In this document: in pieces, positions 1 to 8,429 of the stretch
Layout of the letters: each line of letters opens with the position of its first letter
Position numbering within the stretch: the first letter of the stretch is position 1
Assembly (NCBI GenBank): GCA_036479435.1
Contig: JAZGFI010000207.1
Span: 1-10,261, forward strand
Source of the DNA: Planctomycetota bacterium
GTDB lineage: Bacteria; Planctomycetota; GCA-002687715; DRQF01
Length of the DNA: 10,261 nt
Direction: 5' to 3'
Notes under the pieces: generated by a model
What the model was told of the DNA's origin: nothing
The model's input: only the letters and a program-made list of their open reading frames with translations
Database searches by the model: none
Made by a program: the position numbers and the translations under genes

Positions 1-111
1 AGCTGGTGGTCGACCTTGGCCGGATGGGATTGGGTACCCATAGGGTTTCGAACAAAGTTTCAGATCTGACTAAGTCATTTCGTACTCCTTGACTGAGCTT
101 TCCCAGCGCAC
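1..111 (-). mobile_element. Group II intron 5' end (start of domain I), truncated by the window edge
   Basis: The minus strand from 111 reads GTGCGCTGGGAAAGCTCAGTCAAGG, matching the canonical GUGYG 5' terminus. It begins exactly where the 15-nt match to the empty target site (10069-10083) ends. Short hairpins follow (CTGGG-AAAG-CTCAG; AGTCA...TGACT). Confidence 0.85.
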
Positions 112-126
112 TGACGCCGTATAGCC
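112..126 (-). repeat. Outer arm of a palindromic repeat, serving as 5' exon (predicted IBS1/IBS2) of the left intron copy
   Basis: TGACGCCGTATAGCC (112-126) is the exact reverse complement of GGCTATACGGCGTCA (10069-10083). It lies 2 bp after the stop codon of the 129-350 gene. Confidence 0.85.
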
Positions 127-128
127 AG

Positions 129-350
129 TTAGCGGCGGTCTCGACTTGGTTTGAGGTTGACGTAGAGGGCGAAAGCGGCGAAGAGGATGAGTTGGTTTCC
201 GAACAGGCCAAAGAAACCGTAGCCAAACATCGAAAGAGCCGACGCAGCGCAACTCAGTGCGCCCCAGAGCAGGCCGGATTTCCCCTCGAATTGCGCCATG
301 CGGACGAAGAGAATCCCCAGGGCGATCATGACGACAGCCATCATTTGCAT
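129..350 (-). CDS. Small hypothetical membrane protein (about 73 aa, 2-3 TM helices)
   Basis: ATG at 350 is preceded by SD-like AAGAGGG. The product has hydrophobic segments (MAVVMIALGILFV; GLLWGALSCAASALSMFGYGFFGLFG; LILFAAFALYV) and a basic C-tail. The ORF-track start at 416 adds a less protein-like N-terminus. Confidence 0.7.
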   Translation of the reverse strand: MQMMAVVMIALGILFVRMAQFEGKSGLLWGALSCAASALSMFGYGFFGLFGNQLILFAAFALYVNLKPSRDRR

Positions 351-546
351 GGACCCTCTTGACTGACGACAGCTAACACTCAAGACCAGCGACCGGCCAC
401 CAGGGTGTTCTCGCACCTAAGCCCTAGCCTTGACGATAGGAATGCGACCCTATTGCATCATTCTCGCGGCTAAGAGGCCTTTTCGAAACTTCTGGCGAAA
501 GGCAGGGTTGGAGATGGACGACTAGCCTACGAGGAGTACTTCACTG

Positions 547-2328
547 ATGTTCGCTCAATCATCCCGATTTTCATCCCATCATGGGCTAAGAACGGTCGCG
601 GTCAAGTGGGTCCTCGTGCTCACGATGACGCTGGGAGCAAGTTGCGCTGCGATGGCCCAAGACCGCAGCCCCTTGGCCGCTCTTCCCAAAGCAGAATGGG
701 ATTGGAACAAGGCGCGACACCTTCTCTTCCGCGCCGGATTCGGCGGAACCAAGCTCGAGATCGATGCCTTGCATGCTCTCGGCCTCGAGGGTGCCGTCGA
801 CTTGTTGGTGGACTACGAAAGCACCCCGAGCGGCCCCGACTTCGCGGGTGAATTCCCAGAAGCGCTGCGCCGGGTCGCCATGGTCGGTTTGTCCCGAGAA
901 GAGATTCAGAAGAAGCGACAGACCCTCCGACGCAAAAACGGGCGGCTTTTGGGACAGCTTCGCCAGTGGTGGATCACACGCATGGCTAGGACCAAGCGGC
1001 CGCTAGAAGAAAAACTCACCTTGTTTTGGCACGGGCACTTCACCAGCGGGTTTCGCGACGTTCGCAACACCTTGCACATGTGTCAGCAAAACGACCTTTT
1101 GCGCGAGTACGCCTCGGGCAACTTCGCCGAGTTCGTTCACAACGTCGCCAAAGACGCCGCGATGCTGGAATACCTCGACAACAACCGCAACCGCCGGGGC
1201 CAGGCGAACGAAAACTTCGCCCGCGAAGTGATGGAGCTATTTACGCTCGGCATCGGCAACTACAGCGAAGAAGACATCAAAGAAGCCGCCCGCGCCTTTA
1301 CGGGTTGGACTTTTGACCAGAGTGGCGGTTTTGTGTTCAACCAACGGCAACACGACTTCGGCCTCAAAAACTTCATGGGCAAGAAGGGTCGACTAACTGG
1401 CGAAGACGTCATCGATACCCTGCTCGCCAATGACCGCACTGCGGTCTACATCTGCGGCAAGCTCTTTTCTTACTTTGGCCACCGCAAGCCCTATCCGGTC
1501 TTGGTGCAAGCCCTCGCCGCCGAGCTCAGAACACCCCGTGGCGACAAAAAGCAGGGCTACGAACTAAAGCCCGTCCTCAAGACCATCTTCAAAAGTCGCG
1601 CCTTCTACGATGAAAAGAGCATGGGTTGCCGCATCAAAAGCCCCATCGAACTCGTGGTCGGCGCGATTAGGCAATTAGAGCTGCCGGCGGACAAAGCCGC
1701 CCGACTCGGCGGAGCCATGGCGGCCCAGATGGGCCAGACCCTGTTCGATCCGCCGAACGTCAAAGGTTGGGCCGGGGGCCGCGAGTGGATTTCGACCTCT
1801 GCCCTTTACGATCGCTACAACTTCGCCGGCTTGGTGACACGAGATCTTTCGGCCGACACTTTTCGGATGCAAACGCCCGCGCCTAACGAGATGTCGGCGG
1901 AAGCCTCCATGTCGTCCGGTGCCGTCGGCGGTCGAGTACGCGGTGAAGAATTCGTGCCGACTTCCCCGCGAGAAGATTCCATGGAAGGCATGGAGGCGGC
2001 TCGTGCCGACGGTAAGCCAGATGACCGCAAGGCTCGTCGCGACCGAAGCCAGACTTTCCGAGCGCTGCAAATGCGCTTCCCCTTCCCCGCCGCCAAGATG
2101 GTGAAAGCTAAGGATCTCAGTCAACCCGACGAGATCGTCGATGTGCTGTCTCGGACTTTTCTCGCGGTGAACCTGCCCAGCACCTCCCGAGCGGAGCTCA
2201 TCAGCTATCTCAACACCGACACCTTCGGCAAGTCCTCAGCATTCGATATTGAACGTTGGGATGCTTCGCGCCGCCTAAAGGGCATGTTGCACTTGCTCTT
2301 CAGCACGCCCGAATACCAGATCAACTGA
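547..2328 (+). CDS. DUF1800 family protein with probable Sec signal peptide
   Basis: Family motifs: ARHLLFRAGFGG, LEEKLTLFWHGHF, MLEYLDN, NENFAREVMELFTLG, YSEEDIKEAARAFTGW, RIKSPIE, MGQTLFDPPNVKGW, PEYQ. SD GAGGAG at 531-536. Hydrophobic N-terminus ends in AMA-QD. Confidence 0.92.
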   Translation: MFAQSSRFSSHHGLRTVAVKWVLVLTMTLGASCAAMAQDRSPLAALPKAEWDWNKARHLLFRAGFGGTKLEIDALHALGLEGAVDLLVDYESTPSGPDFAGEFPEALRRVAMVGLSREEIQKKRQTLRRKNGRLLGQLRQWWITRMARTKRPLEEKLTLFWHGHFTSGFRDVRNTLHMCQQNDLLREYASGNFAEFVHNVAKDAAMLEYLDNNRNRRGQANENFAREVMELFTLGIGNYSEEDIKEAARAFTGWTFDQSGGFVFNQRQHDFGLKNFMGKKGRLTGEDVIDTLLANDRTAVYICGKLFSYFGHRKPYPVLVQALAAELRTPRGDKKQGYELKPVLKTIFKSRAFYDEKSMGCRIKSPIELVVGAIRQLELPADKAARLGGAMAAQMGQTLFDPPNVKGWAGGREWISTSALYDRYNFAGLVTRDLSADTFRMQTPAPNEMSAEASMSSGAVGGRVRGEEFVPTSPREDSMEGMEAARADGKPDDRKARRDRSQTFRALQMRFPFPAAKMVKAKDLSQPDEIVDVLSRTFLAVNLPSTSRAELISYLNTDTFGKSSAFDIERWDASRRLKGMLHLLFSTPEYQIN

Positions 2329-2344
2329 GATTGGAACCGACACC

Positions 2345-3586
2345 ATGACGACAACAAACTCTTCACGACGCAATTTTCTGAGGTCTTCCATCATCGCGGG
2401 CAGCAGCGCGGCCTTGCTGGGTTTTGGGTCACTTGATGAGCTCATTGCCGCGGGCAACTCGGGCCTCCGTGGATTGGGCGACGACCGCGTCCTTGTGGTC
2501 GTTCAGTTGTCGGGAGGCAACGATGGCCTGTCGATGGTCGTGCCTCACGGCGACGATGCCTACCACAAGGCGCGACGGGGAACGCGACACCGCGCCGAGG
2601 ATGTGCTGCAACTCGACAAGTACATCGGCCTTAACCCGGGCATGAAGTCGCTCCGGGCGCTTTACGATGGCGGCGAACTCGCCATCGTCCAAGGTTGTTC
2701 CTACCCGACTCCCAACCGCTCTCACTTCAAGTCGATGGACATTTGGCAAACTGGGGACCTCCGCGGCAACGCCCAACCCTATGGTTGGCTGGGTCGTTTC
2801 GCCGACCAAGGCCTCGGTGCTGCCAAAACTGCCGACGCCAACACTTTGGTCGGAATCGGCAAGAAAGCCGAACGCGCCATCATCGGACAGCGAGTGAAGC
2901 CGGTTGCGTTCACCACACCGCAGTCCTATCGCTACGTCGCGAACCCCGCCCAGTTCGACACTTTTGACAAGCTCAACGAAGTCGAATCCACAACCGAGGA
3001 AAGCAACCTCGACTTTGTGCGACGTGTCTCCAAGAGCGCCAAGTCATCGTCTTACAGCATTCGGCGTGCAACCAGCGGTTACCAAAGCAAAATTGACTAC
3101 GGCCCGGGCCGCGGCCTTGGTGGTGACCTGCGGACGGCGGCGGCGATCATCGCGGCGAGGCTCCCAACTCGTGTCATCTACTGCACCATGGGCGGCTACG
3201 ATTCCCATGTGAATCAAAAAGGTCGCCACGACAACAACATGCGCCAGCTCAACGCCGCCCTCGGCGCTTTCCAAAAAGACCTCGTGCGCATGGGCCAAGC
3301 CGACCGCGTCGTCACCATGGTCTTCTCAGAGTTCGGTCGCCGCGTGGCGGAGAACGGCTCTGGCGGCACCGATCACGGCGTCGCCGGTCCCATGATGCTG
3401 CTTGGCAATCACATCAAGGGTGGCACCTACGGCAAGCACCCCAGCCTCACCAACCTCGATAAGGGCGACCTCAAGATGACCACGGACTTCCGTTCGGTCT
3501 ATGCCGCCCTGCTCGAAGATTGGCTAAGCACCAAGTCCGCGCCGCTCCTGGGAAAAACGCGAAAACTCCGAAAGCTGATTTCTTAG
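2345..3586 (+). CDS. DUF1501 family protein (alkaline phosphatase/sulfatase-like), Tat-exported
   Basis: Twin-arginine SRRNFL. Motifs LVVVQLSGGNDGL, PNRSHF, GWLGR, GGYDSH, SEFGRRVAENGSGGTDHG, DFRSVYA. It lies 16 bp downstream of DUF1800, the usual pairing. Confidence 0.93.
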   Translation: MTTTNSSRRNFLRSSIIAGSSAALLGFGSLDELIAAGNSGLRGLGDDRVLVVVQLSGGNDGLSMVVPHGDDAYHKARRGTRHRAEDVLQLDKYIGLNPGMKSLRALYDGGELAIVQGCSYPTPNRSHFKSMDIWQTGDLRGNAQPYGWLGRFADQGLGAAKTADANTLVGIGKKAERAIIGQRVKPVAFTTPQSYRYVANPAQFDTFDKLNEVESTTEESNLDFVRRVSKSAKSSSYSIRRATSGYQSKIDYGPGRGLGGDLRTAAAIIAARLPTRVIYCTMGGYDSHVNQKGRHDNNMRQLNAALGAFQKDLVRMGQADRVVTMVFSEFGRRVAENGSGGTDHGVAGPMMLLGNHIKGGTYGKHPSLTNLDKGDLKMTTDFRSVYAALLEDWLSTKSAPLLGKTRKLRKLIS

Positions 3587-3782
3587 ACCGCGGCGTCTTC
3601 TTGCAGGAAGGCTGTGAATTCACCGGTCAAACGAAAAAGGAATTGATAAAACCCCGTCGTCGGGCGCGCGCATGCGATCGCGCCATGGCTCTTCTGGCTG
3701 AAATTCTACGCGGCCCTCTTCTTGGGGCGGCTGGCTCGTCGCTCCGAGCCCAAAGTAATATCGCCCAAAAACAACTGTCGTA

Positions 3783-4871
3783 TCAGTCGCAAAAGTCGGG
3801 CCTCATCGGCCTCCAGCCGCCACTCTCAAGGCCGGTCGCAATGCTCTTAACGAGACCGGGGCCTTCGTAGACAAACGCGGTAAGGACCTCGACCAAGGAC
3901 GCTCCCGCGTCGAGCATGGCCCGAGCCTGGCCGGCATTTGAGATGCCGCCGACGGCGATGATGGGAATCTGACCTTCCGTGGCCGCGGCAAAATGCCTCA
4001 CCCGGCTCAGGGCGATTGCGAACAAGGGTTGGCCAGAAAGACCTCCTTTTTGCGAAGTCACCGAGCTGGGAGCCGCGAGGCTCGACGGTCGCGTGGTCGT
4101 CGAGTTGGTCAAGACGAGGCCATCCAAAAGCCCCTCTTTGCTAGCGGCGACAATCGCGGCGGCCTCGGCGTCGTCAACATCGGGCGAGACCTTCAAGATC
4201 AAAGGTCGCCGTGCACCGCCGCAATCGCGGACGCCGCGGTCTCGTGCTTCGCCCAGGGTCTTCAGCAGCTCAAACATCGCGTCTTGCTGACCGAGAGTCC
4301 TCAGATTAGGGGTGGCCGGACAGCTGATATTGACGGTGAAGCCATCGACCCAGGGCAAGACGGCCTCCAGAGTCTCAACGTAGTCTGCGGCCATCGTGGC
4401 CGCATCTCCCTCCAAGTCTGCGGTTTTCACGATGTTCGCAAAAATCGGCACGCTCGGGCGCGAAAGCTGCTCCAACCGCGACGCAATGACGCGCGCGCCG
4501 TCGTTGGGAAGGCCCATGCGGTTGATGAGGGCGCGATCGGCGGGAAGTCTAAAAATCCGCGGCCGCGGATTGCCGGGGCGAGCTTGCGAGCTGATGGCTC
4601 CGACTTCAACGAAGGCAAAACCCAAACTCTGGAGGGCCGGGACGACCCGCGCGTCCTTGTCAAACCCGGCGGCAAGGCCTACGGGATGCTCAAAATGCAG
4701 CCCCCAGATCTCTTGCGACATCCCAGCGACTTTCGGGCGGTAAAGAGCCGCCAAAAATGACCGCAAGGGGGCCAGTGCCGAAGCAAACCTTAGGGCCCCC
4801 AAAGCCAAGTGATGGGCTCGTTCGGGGTCCATGCGAAACAAGATGGGGCGAATCAGGGAGCGGTAGGCCAT
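3783..4871 (-). CDS. pyrD: Quinone-dependent (class 2) dihydroorotate dehydrogenase
   Basis: Class 2 N-terminus YRSLIRPILFRMDPERAH. Motifs PVGLAAGFDKD, GNPRPRIFRL, INRMG, LKVSPD, GGLSGQPL, IIAVGGI, GASLV, YEGP. Start is ATG 4871, with GTG 4889 as an alternative. Confidence 0.93.
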   Translation of the reverse strand: MAYRSLIRPILFRMDPERAHHLALGALRFASALAPLRSFLAALYRPKVAGMSQEIWGLHFEHPVGLAAGFDKDARVVPALQSLGFAFVEVGAISSQARPGNPRPRIFRLPADRALINRMGLPNDGARVIASRLEQLSRPSVPIFANIVKTADLEGDAATMAADYVETLEAVLPWVDGFTVNISCPATPNLRTLGQQDAMFELLKTLGEARDRGVRDCGGARRPLILKVSPDVDDAEAAAIVAASKEGLLDGLVLTNSTTTRPSSLAAPSSVTSQKGGLSGQPLFAIALSRVRHFAAATEGQIPIIAVGGISNAGQARAMLDAGASLVEVLTAFVYEGPGLVKSIATGLESGGWRPMRPDFCD

Positions 4872-4957
4872 GGTCTTGGAGTTTGCCACGCCCCCGGGAC
4901 CAGTCCAAGCGCTTGGGTTTTCACCCGAAGCTGGTCGATATGGATTCGGAGGGATTT

Positions 4958-6742
4958 ATGTCCACGACCCTGGCGGAACCGACAAGTTGGCGCGATCTCG
5001 GCTTTGCGACAGAGACCTTCAACCGCAACCTTGAGGCGCTCAGAACCGCCCAGCCCACGTTGGCGGACCGAATTCCAGAGGCCTTGGTGCACGACGGACT
5101 AAGTTTTGGCCGCAACCCAGACGGGCGCGTCTCGGTCTATAGGATTTTCCGCCGGCGTTGGTTGCCCATCGAGGAACTCGATGAGGATCTTTGCGGCGGC
5201 ATTGAGGTCGCCGAGGGAGATGCCACGGCCAGGGATCAGCTCTTGGTCGGTTGCGGCACCGGGGAACGCGCTCAGCTACTTTTGGAGCAGCAAGATCCCA
5301 AGGCATGTCTTTGGCTGAGCGAAAGTGATCCAGGGTTACTCGTCCTGGCCCTCTCCAAGTACGATTTTAGTTCGGCCCTCTTAGAAGGTCGATTGCGCTT
5401 GCTGTTGGGTGCCGACATCCGCGAAACCAACTTGCCGCCGCTGCGCCGCGCCTTGTTGCATTCGAAGCTCGAGCTGTGGACAACAGGGGATTGGGCCTTC
5501 GTCACCAACCGACTATTACCCGCGTCGCCGAAACCTGGAAGCCGCGGGCGTTTCGGGGTCCTCCGCGGGGAGCTTTTGCAACGTGAGGTCACAGCAGCCT
5601 TGCTGGATTTCGGATACGACGTCAATGAGATTGACCCTGCGGCTTGGACGCCAGACGCCATGCGCCGGGAGCTGCCATCGCTGGCCCCTTACGGCTTGTT
5701 CGGCATCAACTTTGATGCGCGCATTGCGCGCATCGCCGCCGATGCCAAAGTCCCCTACATCGCCTGGGAGATCGACCCTTCCGCGGACGCCATAACTCAG
5801 CTCGACACGAACGATACTGCTGCGGACTACACGCTGATCTTTTGTTGGCGCAAAGCCCGCTGCGATGAATTGCGTGCGGCGGGCTGGCGCGAGACTCGGC
5901 ACTTGGCCATCGGAGTGGACCCGCGATTGAGACGCCCTTGGCCGCGGCGAAAACAAAACCAAGCGCGCATTCCCTTGTTGTTCATTGGCTCTTGCATGCT
6001 GGATCGGGCGAGAGAACTTGAGAACAAGCTCTCCTCTGCGATAACCGTCCTTCCCAGTGCTGCGGAACGCGCCAGCTGGAGCGGTTTTCTGGAACGGCTA
6101 AAGGGAGTCGAGCAAGAGATCATCGCGGAGCCTTGCGGCTGGGACTTGCGAGCCTCGATCAAAGAGGCTCTGACTGCGGCGAACCTCCCCGCAACGATCA
6201 TGGTGAAGGATGCGCCAGCCGATGTCTTAGCCTTGGCCGGTGAACGCATGGCCTCGACCAAGCGCATCACGGTTCTTCGCAATCTCGTCGAGGAGGGACT
6301 TTTCGTCTTTGGCGAAGAAGGTTGGCGTGATCTTATACCACCTCGCTGCTACGCCGGTGCCGCCGGCTATGGTGATACGGTTTCAAGATTGATGAGTCGC
6401 GCCGACATCAACCTTGACATCAACCGGGCCTACCAGCCCGACATCATTACGCTCAGAACTTTCGAGGCCTTGGCCTGCGGCGGATTCCTGATTGCCGAAC
6501 GCCACGATGACCTCCTCGAACTGTTCGCGGATGGCAAAGAGCTCGTGAGTTACGGCAGCATGAATGAACTCAAAGAGAAGATTGCTTTTTACCGCGCCCA
6601 TCCCGAAGCAAGGCTAATGATCGCCGAAGCAGGGCGAAAAAAAGTCTTAGAGTCACACACAATCTGGGACCGTGTGGGCACGATGCTCGGGAGGTTAGGG
6701 GCTTGGCGCGCTCGCCAAGCCGGTGAGCTTGCAGGGGGCTAG
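4958..6742 (+). CDS. Glycosyltransferase with CgeB/Glyco_trans_1_2-type C-terminal domain and Maf-like N-terminal domain
   Basis: C-terminal INLDINR...LRTFEALACGGFLI...LLELFADGKELVSY...IAEAGRKKVLESHT is typical of CgeB-type GT-B enzymes. N-terminal FNRNLEAL...LVGCGTG...ESDP...DFS resembles Maf N-domains. ATG 4958 has SD GGAGGG. The ORF-track start at 4757 would overlap pyrD. Confidence 0.8.
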   Translation: MSTTLAEPTSWRDLGFATETFNRNLEALRTAQPTLADRIPEALVHDGLSFGRNPDGRVSVYRIFRRRWLPIEELDEDLCGGIEVAEGDATARDQLLVGCGTGERAQLLLEQQDPKACLWLSESDPGLLVLALSKYDFSSALLEGRLRLLLGADIRETNLPPLRRALLHSKLELWTTGDWAFVTNRLLPASPKPGSRGRFGVLRGELLQREVTAALLDFGYDVNEIDPAAWTPDAMRRELPSLAPYGLFGINFDARIARIAADAKVPYIAWEIDPSADAITQLDTNDTAADYTLIFCWRKARCDELRAAGWRETRHLAIGVDPRLRRPWPRRKQNQARIPLLFIGSCMLDRARELENKLSSAITVLPSAAERASWSGFLERLKGVEQEIIAEPCGWDLRASIKEALTAANLPATIMVKDAPADVLALAGERMASTKRITVLRNLVEEGLFVFGEEGWRDLIPPRCYAGAAGYGDTVSRLMSRADINLDINRAYQPDIITLRTFEALACGGFLIAERHDDLLELFADGKELVSYGSMNELKEKIAFYRAHPEARLMIAEAGRKKVLESHTIWDRVGTMLGRLGAWRARQAGELAGG

Positions 6743-6744
6743 GC

Positions 6745-7134
6745 CTAGCTCTCTTGCGGACTGGGGACGACGCGAGCCAGCTCGATAAGGTCGGGGTGCT
6801 GATAGGTCGAGCGGATAAGTTCTTCGCCGTATTGCTCCAAGAGCAAGTCGCGTTTTGCAGAAAGCACATCGAGTTGCTTCTGGCGGCGGGTGAATTCACG
6901 GTCGTAGATGCGTCGATCGCGTGAGCTGAGGTCTTCGTCGCGAGTCGCCGCGTAACTTTCGCGGAGCAGGTCGAGAGCATCTTGTCTCAAAATGATCTCG
7001 TCTTCTAGCTCAAAGAGCTTCCGACAAATCGTCGTTCCATGGTCAAGAATTGGTCTGACACGGCGTTTGAGCCCCTTGGACGCAAGCGCGCGGAGGACTT
7101 CAAGCCGGCCCTCTTGCGGTTCAACTGTAGTCAT
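6745..7134 (-). CDS. Hypothetical charged, helical/coiled-coil protein (129 aa)
   Basis: Strong SD GGAGG upstream of ATG 7134. L/E/R-rich heptad-like composition. The ORF fills the gap and ends 2 bp from the convergent glycosyltransferase stop. Confidence 0.75.
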   Translation of the reverse strand: MTTVEPQEGRLEVLRALASKGLKRRVRPILDHGTTICRKLFELEDEIILRQDALDLLRESYAATRDEDLSSRDRRIYDREFTRRQKQLDVLSAKRDLLLEQYGEELIRSTYQHPDLIELARVVPSPQES

Positions 7135-7319
7135 GACGTCCTCCCGACGGCCTGCGGGATGCCCTTCCCGGCATCGTGATTTATCGGCATGATGACCTCG
7201 CGAGGTAAAGCCGCCGTTTACGAGCTGTGGTTTCTTCGTACGATCACGGCCCGAATAGCATCCTTGGTTCGCAGAAGGCGACAGAGATGTAGGGCTAAAC
7301 TTGCAGGGGTGAACGGCAG

Positions 7320-8369
7320 ATGAGTGAGCAAGCGGCTCAAGACCTTCGTTCGGGCTACGAGGAAATTCGGCGCCTTCTGCGGCGCGACATCGTGGGACTC
7401 GATGAGGTCATCCGCCTGTTATTGACCGGCATCTTCAGCAACGGCCATTGCCTGTTGATCGGAGTGCCGGGCTTGGCAAAGACCCGCCTCATCGCGACTC
7501 TCGCGCGACTCTTAGAGTTGGATTTCTCCCGCATTCAGTTCACGCCGGACCTCATGCCCAACGACATCACGGGAGCTGAGGTCATTGTAGAAGACAAGGT
7601 CAGCGGCGAGCGCAGGTTCGAGTTCATGAAGGGCCCGATCTTTGCCAACATTATCCTTGCCGACGAAATCAACCGGACGCCGCCAAAAACTCAAGCGTCG
7701 TTGATGGAGGCGATGGAAGAGCGCCAAGTCAGCTCACTCGGAAAGCGCTTCGATTTAGACCCGCCCTTTTTTGTGCTCGCGACCCAAAACCCCATCGAGC
7801 AAGCGGGGACCTATCCCCTCCCCGCCGCCCAGCTCGACCGGTTTTTCTTCAGCATCAACGTCGACTACCCGAACTTTGCGGACGAAGCGGCCATCGTGCG
7901 CATGACGACGCGCCCCGACTTACCCGCCTCTGAACCGGTGCTGAAAAAAGACGCCGTCCTCAACATCATGAAGGCAGTGAGGCAGGCCTCGGTGCCGGAT
8001 GAAGTCGCGCGTTACGCCACCACCTTGTGCCGACGCAGCCGACCCGATGATGAAGCCGCACCCGAGATCGTCAAGAAGTACGTCTCCTATGGCGCCGGTC
8101 CGCGAGCATCTCAGGCTTTGGTCCTCGGGGCAAAGGTCCTCGCCATGATGCGGGGAGAATCGCAGCCCAGCTGCGCCGACGTCCGCGACCTCGTCGCGCC
8201 GGTGTTGCGCCACCGTGTCGTCATGAACTTCTTGGGCGCCGCCGACAACCGCACCGTCGAGGACATTCTTCAATGCCTCATCGACGAAGTCCCAGCCCCC
8301 GACCGCCCCGCCGGATTCGAAGAAGAACAGCGCGGCGGGTTCTTCAGCTTCTTCAGACGCCGCGCATAG
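7320..8369 (+). CDS. moxR: MoxR family AAA+ ATPase
   Basis: Walker A GVPGLAKT, RIQFTPDLMPNDITG, Walker B ILADEINRTPPKTQ, ATQNPIEQAGTYPLPAAQLDRF, GAGPRA, VLRHR. Confidence 0.95.
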   Translation: MSEQAAQDLRSGYEEIRRLLRRDIVGLDEVIRLLLTGIFSNGHCLLIGVPGLAKTRLIATLARLLELDFSRIQFTPDLMPNDITGAEVIVEDKVSGERRFEFMKGPIFANIILADEINRTPPKTQASLMEAMEERQVSSLGKRFDLDPPFFVLATQNPIEQAGTYPLPAAQLDRFFFSINVDYPNFADEAAIVRMTTRPDLPASEPVLKKDAVLNIMKAVRQASVPDEVARYATTLCRRSRPDDEAAPEIVKKYVSYGAGPRASQALVLGAKVLAMMRGESQPSCADVRDLVAPVLRHRVVMNFLGAADNRTVEDILQCLIDEVPAPDRPAGFEEEQRGGFFSFFRRRA

Positions 8370-8429
8370 TGTTCACTCCCAGGAAACTCTGGGACCGGCA
8401 GATCAGGCCGCGCCACCCTGAAGGTTCCA

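Noticed and set aside
41..60. TAGGGTTTCGAACAAAGT loosely resembles an IS5-type terminal repeat
   Set aside because: There is no partner repeat or transposase, and it falls within the intron 5' region.
70..90. Strong SD AAGGAG followed by mini-ORF ATG-ACT-TAG on the minus strand, plus a possible gene start at 41
   Set aside because: It lies inside the predicted intron domain I and overlaps the AGTCA/TGACT stem, so RNA structure explains it better.
430..462. Possible promoter (TTGACG) with a small ATAGG/CCTAT inverted repeat upstream of DUF1800
   Set aside because: There is no convincing -10 at 16-18 bp spacing, and a 5-bp repeat is not significant.
3587..3782. Intergenic gap with GC palindromes (GCGCATGCG, GCGATCGC) and ORF 3520-3870
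   Set aside because: Short GC palindromes are expected at this composition. The ORF overlaps both neighbours and has no recognisable features.
4757..4957. ORF-track N-terminal extension of the glycosyltransferase
   Set aside because: It overlaps pyrD on the opposite strand, and ATG 4958 has a good SD.
6739..6748. Palindrome CTAGGCCTAG
   Set aside because: It is simply two convergent TAG stop codons separated by GC.
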